DNA from: Candidatus Amesbacteria bacterium
GTDB taxonomy: Bacteria > Patescibacteriota > Microgenomatia > CAZETR01 > Amesbacteraceae
Assembly (NCBI GenBank): GCA_027371535.1
Contig: DAHXMV010000004.1
Span: 3,666-67,665, forward strand
Length of the DNA stretch: 64,000 nucleotides
Direction of reading: 5' to 3'
Positions within the stretch are counted from its first letter, which is position 1; each line of letters begins with the position of its first letter. The notes under the pieces are model-generated. The model was given only the letters and a program-made list of their open reading frames with translations, made no database searches and was not told the DNA's origin. Of the stretch, positions 18,361 through 27,963 are shown piece after piece. The translations under genes were made by a program, and so were the position numbers.

Positions 18361-19387
18361 CTCGCCCTCAGAGGGAGGATTTTTAAAAGAGGATGTGAAG
18401 TATGCTCAGGATGCAATTATGACTGTTAAAAGAATCCAAAAGACATTAATAAAAGGTGGGCACGAGGTAAAACTGTTTAAAATTACCATGAATAATCTGG
18501 GAAAGGAACTCAGGGAAGTGAAGGCATTTGCCGATGTGGTTTTTAATCTGACCGAGGGTGTGGGTTTAACCCTGGTGCTGGAAGTAATCAAGAAACTGGA
18601 GGATTTAAAAATTCCTTTTGCCGGGGCTACGGCATATGGCCATAAACTGACATCGGATAAAACATTAGTAAAAAAAGAATTTGTCAAATACGGTATCCCG
18701 ACTCCGGGATGGAAAGTTTATAACCGGGATAATATCAATCAAAAATGGGAATACGGTTTTCCGGCGATAGTCAAAGCCAGCACGGAACACGGCAGTATGA
18801 GTATTCATCAGGATGCGGTGGCAAAAAATAAAAAAGAGTTGGATTTAAGAATTAATTATCTGCTGGAAAAATACCAAAATCTGCCAGTGCTGGTTGAAGA
18901 GTATATATACGGCAGAGAAATTAATTCCACGGTTATCGGAAGTTATTCATGGGTAAAAAGCCTGCCTTTATCGGAGGTAGTCTTTGAAGGATTTTATAAA
19001 AATAAAGATAAATGGCCAATTTATACTTATGAAGCCAAATACGACCACGGCAGGCCGGAATTCAGAGACGCTCCGGCAAGACTAGTTGACTGGCTGACGG
19101 AAAAAGAAATCAGGGAAATAAATGGGATGACTGAAAAGATCTGCAGGGTAACAGAGTGTTTTGATTATGCACGCATTGATATCAGATATGATATAAATAA
19201 AAGAGTTCCGTATTTTATAGATTTAAACAGTTACCCGTGCCTTTTGGACGATCCGATTGCCGATACGATTACCGTATCCAGACTGGCCATGGGCTGGAAT
19301 TATTTAAAAATCCTGGAAGAAATTGCAATTTCGGGAATAAAGAGATTTAATAATATCAGTTATAAAAAATATAAAAAAATAAAATGA
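18338..19387 (+). CDS. ATP-grasp ligase, Ddl superfamily, non-canonical paralog 2 (overlaps paralog 1 by 23 nt)
   Basis: Same architecture (LVEEYIYGREINSTVIGS...ARIDIRYDINKRVPYFIDLNSYP). The two are distinct paralogs in tandem. Confidence 0.7.
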   Translation: MKIGILYNSPSEGGFLKEDVKYAQDAIMTVKRIQKTLIKGGHEVKLFKITMNNLGKELREVKAFADVVFNLTEGVGLTLVLEVIKKLEDLKIPFAGATAYGHKLTSDKTLVKKEFVKYGIPTPGWKVYNRDNINQKWEYGFPAIVKASTEHGSMSIHQDAVAKNKKELDLRINYLLEKYQNLPVLVEEYIYGREINSTVIGSYSWVKSLPLSEVVFEGFYKNKDKWPIYTYEAKYDHGRPEFRDAPARLVDWLTEKEIREINGMTEKICRVTECFDYARIDIRYDINKRVPYFIDLNSYPCLLDDPIADTITVSRLAMGWNYLKILEEIAISGIKRFNNISYKKYKKIK

Positions 19388-19767
19388 TCAGACCAAACGG
19401 TAAAGACGACGAACAATTCGGACAGGAACTGATTTTAAATTTATACGACTGCGATTTGCAGAAGATTTCCGACGGCGACCATATTAAAAATTACATCGTC
19501 AAGTTGTGCGACGAGGTGATTTTTATGAAGCGGTACGGCGAGGCCCTTATCCCGCATTTCGGACATGACAACCCGGTCACTTCGGGTTATTCGCTGGTGC
19601 AATTAATAGAAACCAGCTGCGTATCGGCACATTTTTCGGAATATAAAAAATCAGTTTATATAAACATATTTTCATGCAAGTGGTTTGATCCCCAAAAAGC
19701 CGAAGAGTTTTCCAAAAAGTGGTTCGGGGCCAATAAAACGGAAACGCATCTGTTGCAAAGATTTTAA
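19384..19767 (+). CDS. Small pyruvoyl-dependent S-adenosylmethionine decarboxylase (SpeH/class 1b AdoMetDC)-like protein
   Basis: Alignable by eye to B. subtilis SpeH over the full length (GQELILNLYDCD vs GRHVISELWGCD; SGYSLVQLIETSCVSAHFSEY vs SGVVIISESHLTIHSFPEH; IFSCKWFDP vs VYTCGDLDP). The processing-site Ser appears replaced by Thr. There is a 4-nt overlap with the upstream ATP-grasp gene. Confidence 0.6.
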   Translation: MIRPNGKDDEQFGQELILNLYDCDLQKISDGDHIKNYIVKLCDEVIFMKRYGEALIPHFGHDNPVTSGYSLVQLIETSCVSAHFSEYKKSVYINIFSCKWFDPQKAEEFSKKWFGANKTETHLLQRF

Positions 19768-20360
19768 ACTTCCGGAAGAAAAAGTCTGGCTGAAGAAGTG
19801 GTGAATTTGGGCAAGTGGGCTGATTCTTTGGCAATCACCAGCATCAGACGATTGTAATATTTACGAGCCAGTCTGAAACCGCGTTTATGATGATTATTTT
19901 TTATCCTCCGGAAATCATAGTCGTACCAAATATCAATAAAATCAGTCCACTTGTAGGATTTTTTACCGCCCCAGGAGGAATCAAATAAAACTATCCGGCT
20001 GTTGCGATTGGAGTAAGATGCCACTGAAGAGTAATGGCCGCTTTCGCCTTCTTTATCATCGGTATCAATTTCCTGGTAATTAACCATAACTGCCCGGGGG
20101 CGGTCGGGAAACGATTTGAGACCGGACTGGAGATGCTTTAAAGTGGACCATTCAATCGCCAAAACCGGATAACCCAGACGGTTGATGGCTGAAATCAGAT
20201 TTTTGACCGAAGTTCCGTTTCGGGGAGTGGTCTTACACAGGCTGATCAGCCGGTCCAAAGGGATCCGCCGGCCAAGAATATCCAGGGCGGTTTTTAAGGC
20301 CGCAGGGCCGCAGGTGTAGCCATCCGGCTGGGGGTGGGTTTTGACTTTGGATCTGCTCAT
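19764..20360 (-). CDS. Papain-fold C39-like (Peptidase_C39_2/BtrH-like) cysteine peptidase or acyltransferase
   Basis: N-terminal PQPDGYTCGPAALKTALDILG is the Cys-containing motif of C39-like domains. A downstream GHYSSV supplies a candidate His. It is convergent with the SpeH-like gene and shares its stop region. Confidence 0.5.
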   Translation of the reverse strand: MSRSKVKTHPQPDGYTCGPAALKTALDILGRRIPLDRLISLCKTTPRNGTSVKNLISAINRLGYPVLAIEWSTLKHLQSGLKSFPDRPRAVMVNYQEIDTDDKEGESGHYSSVASYSNRNSRIVLFDSSWGGKKSYKWTDFIDIWYDYDFRRIKNNHHKRGFRLARKYYNRLMLVIAKESAHLPKFTTSSARLFLPEV

Positions 20361-20410
20361 GGAAATGTCATTTTACTGCAAAGTCAAACAGTTGGAAACA
20401 ATACCCGAAG

Positions 20411-21964
20411 TTATACCGAAGGGGTGATTTTTCGGTATAAAATTGTGTGGTTTTTCAGATCAGTCATTACAATTTTCCAGTTTTCAGGAGGAATCAGTTT
20501 GGAGTCCGGATACCGCACTAATAAAAAATCATAGAGATTGAAATTAAGCGGACCCGTAATTTGCGAAATGTGAACCAGATGAATATTATCGGGCAGGTAA
20601 AATAAATTGTTGACGCCGGCAATTAACAGAGTTTTTCCGGCAGGAATATTTTCAGCCAGATAATTGCCGGTATCATAATAATCTCCGAAAGAAAAATTCA
20701 AATGACTGATTAAAAATTCCTGGCGGGTCTGTTTACCTATTATCACCGGCAAATATTTGAAATTAGCGGCGGATCTGTAAATTATAGAAAAAAGTGACAA
20801 CAACAGAGTCAGAATAATAAGAGAATATTTTAATATCAGGGGCGAGCAGGCATTGATTATAAATACCGTTAATAAAGAAAAGGCAGGCAAGAAAGGTAAA
20901 AACAAACGGCCTTCTCCCTGGTGGGGGGTAATAAACCAGGCAATTAATGATAAGCCGCAATATAAAAATATCAGCCGCACTCCCCTACTCTTTTCCCGGA
21001 CTGATCTGAGAAAAAGCAATGGTGCGGAAATTATATACACCGGTGAAATCGGATCCGGCGCTTGTGTAAACAGAATCCAAAAATCCCGCAAATCAAATTT
21101 AATCAGTGTATTCAGATAAGGTTGCGAAAAGACGGGATAAAAAGGATTTCCGGTAGTCAGCCAGGAGAAAAGCCACCAGGGCAGCGGAACCAGCAGGCAA
21201 AAAAAAGTAAAACGAAAAAGTTCCGAAAGGGATTTTTTTCGAAAAAGTAACAGAATAAGAAATACCGGCAGACCGGTGAGGGAAAGAAATTTTACAGTTA
21301 TTGCCAGTCCTAACGTAATGCTTGCAGCCACGGGTTTATTATCGAATAACAATTTGAGAGCTAATATTTCAAAAAATGTCCTGGCGAGGTCTACATAGGC
21401 GGTGACAGATTCCCAACCAACTACCAAATTGGTGTAAAAAAGCACCAGCACTAACAGGGACATAAACCTTCCGAGAAATTTACGGCTTAATCCGTACAGA
21501 GGAATGAGAATCAAAAGGCCGAAACAGAAATGGATTAATTTGGCCCATATTTCATTTCCCAAAGATAAAGCAACGGCGTATAAGGGCTCAATTAATTTGG
21601 GCATCACGGAGTATTCAAAAACCGATCCGGGGATATATCTGATAGAGTGTTCTGCCAGCCAGATTTTTGGCAGGGTGAGATGGTACCACAAGGCGTCGAA
21701 ACCGATTTCCGGTCCCAGGGCACCAAGAATATTTATTACAGCCGCGGCCAAAAGCAGTATGACCAACAACCACTCCCTTTTTCGGAGTCTCATTTCAGGC
21801 AGGGAAATTTTATTGTGGAAATAGAAAACGACCAAAAATAACCAGGAAGCAGTCAATCCGATCAGATTTTTTGAGGTTAACCAGCCGAATACTCCCAGTC
21901 CGAATACGGTATAGGATAGAATGGCTAATAACAGGCTTAGAGCAAACATAAATGCTGTCTGCAA
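20411..21964 (-). CDS. GT-C fold membrane glycosyltransferase (ArnT/PMT-like, GT39/GT83-type), 13 or more TM
   Basis: The first extracytoplasmic loop, PEIGFDALWYHLTLPKIW, resembles the DE/DxxxY-type loop motif of the dolichyl/undecaprenyl-phosphate-sugar transferases. Hydropathy is consistent. Confidence 0.45.
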   Translation of the reverse strand: MQTAFMFALSLLLAILSYTVFGLGVFGWLTSKNLIGLTASWLFLVVFYFHNKISLPEMRLRKREWLLVILLLAAAVINILGALGPEIGFDALWYHLTLPKIWLAEHSIRYIPGSVFEYSVMPKLIEPLYAVALSLGNEIWAKLIHFCFGLLILIPLYGLSRKFLGRFMSLLVLVLFYTNLVVGWESVTAYVDLARTFFEILALKLLFDNKPVAASITLGLAITVKFLSLTGLPVFLILLLFRKKSLSELFRFTFFCLLVPLPWWLFSWLTTGNPFYPVFSQPYLNTLIKFDLRDFWILFTQAPDPISPVYIISAPLLFLRSVREKSRGVRLIFLYCGLSLIAWFITPHQGEGRLFLPFLPAFSLLTVFIINACSPLILKYSLIILTLLLSLFSIIYRSAANFKYLPVIIGKQTRQEFLISHLNFSFGDYYDTGNYLAENIPAGKTLLIAGVNNLFYLPDNIHLVHISQITGPLNFNLYDFLLVRYPDSKLIPPENWKIVMTDLKNHTILYRKITPSV

Positions 21965-22065
21965 AGCAGGGAATTAAAATACAGAAACAAAACCAGCAAA
22001 ACAAAAAACAAATATAAAAAAAAGAGAAATATCTTCACGAGGCTTATTTTACACTATCCAAAACT

Positions 22066-22812
22066 TCAGCGGGTTTCATAAGAGAGAGTAACAGTCGTTG
22101 TAATATCGGTGGAACCGGGTTCAATACCGGTGGGCGCTCCCCCGCCGCTTTTAACTGACAGATCGGCAGTCGCATACATGCGAACGGGGACGGGAGCGTT
22201 ACCCGATTCCTCGACATTGACTATCCTGCCCAACGTAATCCCCGCGGCCGAGGCCAGATTGGCCGCCTTGGATTTGGCGTCGTTGACAGCCTGAATCCGG
22301 GCCTGGTTTAAAAGTTCTTTCTGTTTTGTCTCGTCCACTGTCAATTGAATGCCGCTGACGGTATTGGCCCCATCGGCGGTGGCGGTATCGATGACCCGGT
22401 TAATATTGTCAAAATCTTTAACGGTAACCGTCAGACTGGCGGTAACCTGATACCCGGTGATCCGGTACGGAGTGGTCTGGTAATTGTATTGGGGAGAGAT
22501 GGAATAATTATTGGTTTGGATATATTTTGGCTCGACACCGAGGCTTTTTGCATCATCAGAAATTTTCTTAATTACCGAATTGGCCTGGTTCTGGGCGGAT
22601 TTAACTGTGGGCTGGGTAACGGAAATCCCCAGATTAATAATTGCCGTGTCGGGGACGACAGTCATTTTACCGGTACCGGTGACGGTAAAAAGTGAGTTTT
22701 TTTGGGTCACAATCGAGGATACCGACAGCGGAGGACTAAACCTGATGATTAAAATCAGTCCCACAGAAACCGCGGCCACAACCGAAACCATTTTCAATAG
22801 CCATGTAGACAT
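22066..22812 (-). CDS. SIMPL-domain (DUF541) periplasmic/secreted protein
   Basis: Signal anchor followed by the SIMPL pattern (GYQVTASLTVTVKDFDNINRVID...ELLNQARIQAVNDAKSKAANLASAAGITLGRIVNV). Confidence 0.6.
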   Translation of the reverse strand: MSTWLLKMVSVVAAVSVGLILIIRFSPPLSVSSIVTQKNSLFTVTGTGKMTVVPDTAIINLGISVTQPTVKSAQNQANSVIKKISDDAKSLGVEPKYIQTNNYSISPQYNYQTTPYRITGYQVTASLTVTVKDFDNINRVIDTATADGANTVSGIQLTVDETKQKELLNQARIQAVNDAKSKAANLASAAGITLGRIVNVEESGNAPVPVRMYATADLSVKSGGGAPTGIEPGSTDITTTVTLSYETR

Positions 22813-23079
22813 AAAATTATATTAACATAAAACCGATAAAAGAAGGCCGCTGATCGAAATGCCGGAAAATATCAGGGGCGGATTTTTGATCTTAATGCGG
22901 AAGCCGGAATTCCGGATTAACCGGCGGACGGTTTTGATATCGGTTTTTTTGTTGCGGTTAACTTCATAGGTAATCGCCGATAACTGTTCCCGGCGGCAGG
23001 TTTTTGACCGCAAACAATCCCGGTCCGCGATTCAGGGTTTTCCTGATTTGCCATGAGTCAGGATCTAAAAGAATTATTT

Positions 23080-25578
23080 TCAGGGTGTTTCTGTATCTTT
23101 TTCCAGGCAGGTGACAGCAGCCACAGTGTCGCTTTTGTGGGAAAAGCGCATCAGGATTACTCCTTGGGTGTCACGGCCGAGCTGGGGGATATTTCTGATC
23201 GGCAATTTAATTATCTGGGCACTTTTACTGGTCAAGACGATCTGGTCGACCAGTTCATCTATAGCGATACAGGAAACTATCTTGCCGGTTTTGGGAGTGA
23301 TTTGGGCCGGTTTTACACCCTGCCCGCCGCGTTTTTGCAGCGGCCAGGCATTTACGGAAGTCCGCTTGCCCAAACCATTTTCAGTGACAATTAAGACATC
23401 TTCGAAGGATTTACGCCGCCGGTCCCTGGGGGCTTCCTTTGTGGACGGAAAAACTTCCATACCGACAACATAGTCACCGGCTTTTAATTCGATACCCCGG
23501 ACACCCATGGTATCGCGGGCTGTCGGCCGGACATCTTCTTCTTTAAACCGGATCGATTTGCCGTCATGGGAGACTAAAAGGATATGATCGGAACCGGTGG
23601 TGGATTTGACCCATTCCAGGGAATCGCCGCTGTCGAGTTTGATGGAAATGATACCCGTGGTCCGGATATTTGCATAATCGGAAAGTTTGGTTTTTTTGAC
23701 GGTGCCGTTTTTGGTGGCCATCAAAAGGAATTTAATCTCGTCGCCTTTACCGAGGGCCAAGACGGTCTGCAATTTTTCATCCTGATTGATATTAATCAGG
23801 TTAACGACAGCCTGACCTTTGGCCTGACGGGAGCCTTCTGGCAGATCATAGACCTTTATCTTAAAGACCCGGCCGGTGGTGGTAAAAAACAACATATCAT
23901 CATGGGTATTGGCGGTAATCATGTGGGCAATATCGTCCTCTTCCTTGGTGGTCATACCGGTAACACCCTTGCCCCCCCGGTGCTGGGTTCTGAAAACCGC
24001 CGGATCCTGGCGCTTGATGTAGCCGGTGGAAGTAATGGTAATGACGGTGTCTTCTGAAGGAATAAGGTCTTCTTCACTGAGTTCCCCCAGGGCCAGTTTA
24101 TAGACTTTGGTCCGGCGGGGATCACCGTATTTATCTTTGATTTCAGCCAGTTCGGTCTTAATAAGCCCCAGGATTTTTTCGGGATGGGCCAATAAGTCTT
24201 CCAGAAATCCGATTAAGTCCAGGACTTCTTTGTATTCATCTTCTATTTTTTGTCTTTCCAGAGCGGCTAAACGCCTCAGCTGCATGTCCAGAATTGCCAC
24301 AGACTGAATTTCCGACAGACCGAACCGGGACATTAAATTGGTCTTGGCCTCGTCGGAATCGCGGGATTCGCGGATGGTTTTGATGACGGCATCCAGATGA
24401 TCAAGGGCGATCTTTAAGCCTTCCAGAATATGGGCCCGGGCTTTGGCAATTTTTAAATCGTACTGGGTTCTTCTAGTGACTACCAGCTGGCGGTGTTTGA
24501 TATATTCACCCAGGATCTGGGATAAACCCAGAGTCAGCGGAGTGCCGTCTACCAGGGCCACAAAATTGGCAGGAAACGTAGTCTGGAGAGCGGTATGCTT
24601 CCAGAGGTTGTTTAACAAGGCTTTGGGCTTGGCGTCGCGTTTTAACTCGATTACCATCCTGATACCATGGCGGTCAGACTCGTCTCTCAGGTCAGAGATG
24701 CCGTCGATCTTTTTTTCATGTACCAGATCGGCAATATGGGCTACTAATTCGGCTTTGTTTACCTGATACGGCAGTTCTGTGACTACAATCTGGGATTTAC
24801 CGGACTTGGTTTCTTCGATTTCGGCTTTGCCCCGGACGACGATGCGGCCGCGGCCGGTGGCGTAAACTTCGGCGATGGCTTTGGAGTCATAAATGGCCCC
24901 GGAGGTGGGAAAATCCGGACCTTTGATAAATTGCATCAATTCTTCAACCGAAGCCCCGGGGTGGTCAATCTGATATGTCACCGCGTCGACCACCTCGGAC
25001 AGATTATGGGGAGGGATTTTGGTGGCCATACCGACGGCGATACCTTCGGAACCCATTAAGAGGAGATTTGGCAGTTTGGCAGGCAGGAAGACGGGTTCGT
25101 TGTGGGAACCGTCAAAATTGGGGGCCATATCCACTGTTTCCTTTTCGATGTCGGTGAGCATTTCGTCGGAAATACGGGAAAGTTTGGTCTCGGTGTAACG
25201 CATGGCAGCGGGAGAGTCGCCGTCTATCGAGCCAAAATTTCCCTGGCCGTCAACCAACGGATACCGCATGGAAAAATCCTGGGCCAGGCGGACCAGGGCA
25301 TCGTAAACCGGCATATCGCCGTGAGGATGGTATTTGCCTAAAACTTCACCGACTACCGTGGCGGATTTTTTATGCTTTGAACTGAATTTCAGACCCATGT
25401 CCCACATGGCATACAAAATCCGGCGATGGACGGGTTTTAATCCGTCACGGGCGTCCGGCAGGGCTCTCTGGACGATGACGGACATGGCATAGTCCAGAAA
25501 ATTTTTCTGCATTTCCTGGGTGATTTCCACCTGAAGAATTTTACCTATTTCATTTGTATTTTCCTCAATATCAGCCAC
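23080..25578 (-). CDS. gyrA: DNA gyrase subunit A
   Basis: Active-site region AMRYTE (Tyr). N-terminus [26 protein letters not shown]-terminal beta-pinwheel repeats. 832 aa. Confidence 0.95.
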   Translation of the reverse strand: MADIEENTNEIGKILQVEITQEMQKNFLDYAMSVIVQRALPDARDGLKPVHRRILYAMWDMGLKFSSKHKKSATVVGEVLGKYHPHGDMPVYDALVRLAQDFSMRYPLVDGQGNFGSIDGDSPAAMRYTETKLSRISDEMLTDIEKETVDMAPNFDGSHNEPVFLPAKLPNLLLMGSEGIAVGMATKIPPHNLSEVVDAVTYQIDHPGASVEELMQFIKGPDFPTSGAIYDSKAIAEVYATGRGRIVVRGKAEIEETKSGKSQIVVTELPYQVNKAELVAHIADLVHEKKIDGISDLRDESDRHGIRMVIELKRDAKPKALLNNLWKHTALQTTFPANFVALVDGTPLTLGLSQILGEYIKHRQLVVTRRTQYDLKIAKARAHILEGLKIALDHLDAVIKTIRESRDSDEAKTNLMSRFGLSEIQSVAILDMQLRRLAALERQKIEDEYKEVLDLIGFLEDLLAHPEKILGLIKTELAEIKDKYGDPRRTKVYKLALGELSEEDLIPSEDTVITITSTGYIKRQDPAVFRTQHRGGKGVTGMTTKEEDDIAHMITANTHDDMLFFTTTGRVFKIKVYDLPEGSRQAKGQAVVNLININQDEKLQTVLALGKGDEIKFLLMATKNGTVKKTKLSDYANIRTTGIISIKLDSGDSLEWVKSTTGSDHILLVSHDGKSIRFKEEDVRPTARDTMGVRGIELKAGDYVVGMEVFPSTKEAPRDRRRKSFEDVLIVTENGLGKRTSVNAWPLQKRGGQGVKPAQITPKTGKIVSCIAIDELVDQIVLTSKSAQIIKLPIRNIPQLGRDTQGVILMRFSHKSDTVAAVTCLEKDTETP

Positions 25579-25858
25579 CTGTCAATATTACCCGTTTTTA
25601 GCTTCAAAAGCAAGAGAATAAGAGGGATAAATTTAAAGAATATTTACCCTAATTTTGCGGGAACAACGGATTTTATTGTTCGTCGAGGGCACCGGTTAAG
25701 GCATTCTACCAAATGCGGGTTCTCCCATTGGGATGGATTAGGGACTAATACGTGTAATTTATTAAAAGCCACCAGGCAGACTAAATCCATTTTATCTGTT
25801 AAGCTCCAGGAAACCGGAACCGGTTCACCCGAGCAATTACAAATTTCCATAAGGGATG

Positions 25859-27883
25859 TTATTTGCCGAAGAACTGGATGACCAGGGGAGCGATGAGCAG
25901 GGCGACAATCTGGACAATTTTCATCATGGGATTTAAAGCCGGACCGGAGGTATCTTTCAAAGGATCACCCACAGTATCTCCCACAACAGCGGCCTTGTGA
26001 GTGTCTGACCCTTTGCCGCCAAAATGGCCGTCTTCGACGTATTTCTTGGCGTTGTCCCAGGCACCGCCGGTATTGCACATAAAGAAAGCCAGAATCAAGC
26101 CGGAAGCAACCACACCGCCCAAAAATCCTCCCAGAGATTCGGCGCCAAAAACACTCATCACCAGAGGCATGCAAATTACTATAGCGGCAGGAATGACTAA
26201 TTCGCGCTGGGCCGCAGCAGTGACTATTTCAACGGCTTTGGAATAATCAGGCAGAGCCTTGCCTTCCATGATACCTTTAATAGTTTTGAACTGACGGCGG
26301 ACTTCCTCCACGACTTCAAAAGCGGCCCTTCCGACAGACCCGACCAAGCGGGAAGAAAAGAGATACGGCAGGGCACAACCAGCTAAAAGGCCGATAAATA
26401 CCTGGGGTTTGGCGATATCGATCCCGACCAAACCCGTCTTTTCAAAGTAGGTAGCAAAGAGCGATGAGGCGGCAACTGCGGCTGATCCGACGGCAAATCC
26501 CTTGGTCAGGGCTTTAGTCGTATTTCCGACGGCATCCAGGCTACCGGTAACAAAGGCAGCTTTGCCTTTTAACCCGGCCATTTCCACCATACCCTGGGCG
26601 TTATCGGAAATCGGACCGAAAGTATCCAGAGCCATAATAATTCCGGTAGTAGCCAACATACCCATACCGGCTAAAGAAATCCCGTAAAAACCAATTAATT
26701 TATAACCAATAAAGATTGTAGCAATAATGATCAGGGTGGAAATGAAGGTGGATTCCATGCCATAGGACAGACCGGAAATAATATTGGTGCCGGCGCCAGT
26801 TTGGGAAGCTTTGGAAATCGCCACGACCGGTTTTTCTCCGGGGCCGGTGTAGTATTTGGTGATATAAAGCAAAGCCAGCATGGATACTATTCCTGAAATA
26901 GCCGCAAAACCGGCCTTCGGTTCACCCAGCAGGAAAATTGCCAGCAGCATAAAGACCACCACTGCAGCCACTGCCGAGACAATAAAACCGCGCATCAGGG
27001 GCTTTATGGGATCTTCTTTATCCGAGCGGGCTTTTACGAAGAAAGTTCCCAGGATGGAAGCCAAAATACCGCCGGAGCGGGCCAAAAGCGGGAAAACCAC
27101 ACCTTTGAGGCCAAACATGGCACCGCCTAAAATCATGGCAGCCACAATGGTTAAGGCATAGGACTCGAAAACATCAGCCGCCATACCGGCACAATCACCG
27201 ACGTTATCACCGACATTGTCTGCAATAGTGGCGGGGTTTCGGGGATCATCCTCGGGGATTCCTTTTTCCACTTTACCAACCAGATCGGCTCCGACATCAG
27301 CGGCTTTGGTAAAAATGCCTCCGCCGACCCGCATAAAAAGAGCTAAAAGAGCGGCCCCGAAGCCATAACCTACTAAAACGGTGGTGGCTTCCCTGGCAAC
27401 CATAGCCGCACCCTGACTGATAAAGGCAAAATAGGCCCAGGCATATATCAGAGAAACTCCTAACAGACCCAACCCCACAACGAGCATTCCGTTGACGGTG
27501 CCAGCACCGAAAGCGACTCTTAAAGCCGGATTCAGCCCCCGGATAGCGTTGTTGGCGGTTCTGACGTTGGCTCTGACGGCGATCCACATACCAAAATAGC
27601 CAATCACGGCAGAGAAAACAGCTCCCAGCAGAAAAGTAACGGCAATGCCCAATCCGAGCGTTAAAGCAATTAATACTGACAGGACGCCCATAATCGGGAA
27701 GACGACGGAAAATTGTTTTTTAAGATAGGCCATGGCTCCATCACGAACGGCTTTGCCGATGGCCTGCAATTTGGGGGAACCTTCATCTTCCTTTAAAACT
27801 TTTTTAGCCAGAAAAACACCATAACCCAGGGCAATCAGAGCGGTTGCGGGGGCGGTAAAAAGAGCTATGAGTTGGATATCCAT
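25859..27883 (-). CDS. hppA: Membrane-bound proton-translocating pyrophosphatase (H+-PPase)
   Basis: [40 protein letters not shown] and the C-terminal [17 protein letters not shown] are diagnostic PPase motifs. 674 aa with about 16 TM. Confidence 0.92.
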   Translation of the reverse strand: MDIQLIALFTAPATALIALGYGVFLAKKVLKEDEGSPKLQAIGKAVRDGAMAYLKKQFSVVFPIMGVLSVLIALTLGLGIAVTFLLGAVFSAVIGYFGMWIAVRANVRTANNAIRGLNPALRVAFGAGTVNGMLVVGLGLLGVSLIYAWAYFAFISQGAAMVAREATTVLVGYGFGAALLALFMRVGGGIFTKAADVGADLVGKVEKGIPEDDPRNPATIADNVGDNVGDCAGMAADVFESYALTIVAAMILGGAMFGLKGVVFPLLARSGGILASILGTFFVKARSDKEDPIKPLMRGFIVSAVAAVVVFMLLAIFLLGEPKAGFAAISGIVSMLALLYITKYYTGPGEKPVVAISKASQTGAGTNIISGLSYGMESTFISTLIIIATIFIGYKLIGFYGISLAGMGMLATTGIIMALDTFGPISDNAQGMVEMAGLKGKAAFVTGSLDAVGNTTKALTKGFAVGSAAVAASSLFATYFEKTGLVGIDIAKPQVFIGLLAGCALPYLFSSRLVGSVGRAAFEVVEEVRRQFKTIKGIMEGKALPDYSKAVEIVTAAAQRELVIPAAIVICMPLVMSVFGAESLGGFLGGVVASGLILAFFMCNTGGAWDNAKKYVEDGHFGGKGSDTHKAAVVGDTVGDPLKDTSGPALNPMMKIVQIVALLIAPLVIQFFGK

Positions 27884-27963
27884 GCTGGTTGTAAAAACAA
27901 AAACGCACTGTTGTGCGATAAGTTGATTTTACTTTAGATGTTTAGTAGATGTCAAGGGATCCG

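Noticed and set aside
22822-23013. 63-aa highly basic ORF between the SIMPL gene and gyrA
   Set aside because: Arg/Lys-rich low-complexity composition and no RBS. It lies in the gyrA 3' flank and is probably non-coding.
25644-25850. 68-aa Cys-containing ORF in the gyrA leader
   Set aside because: No Shine-Dalgarno sequence; it begins 9 nt after the hppA stop. It is kept only as a note under the gyrA-leader finding.
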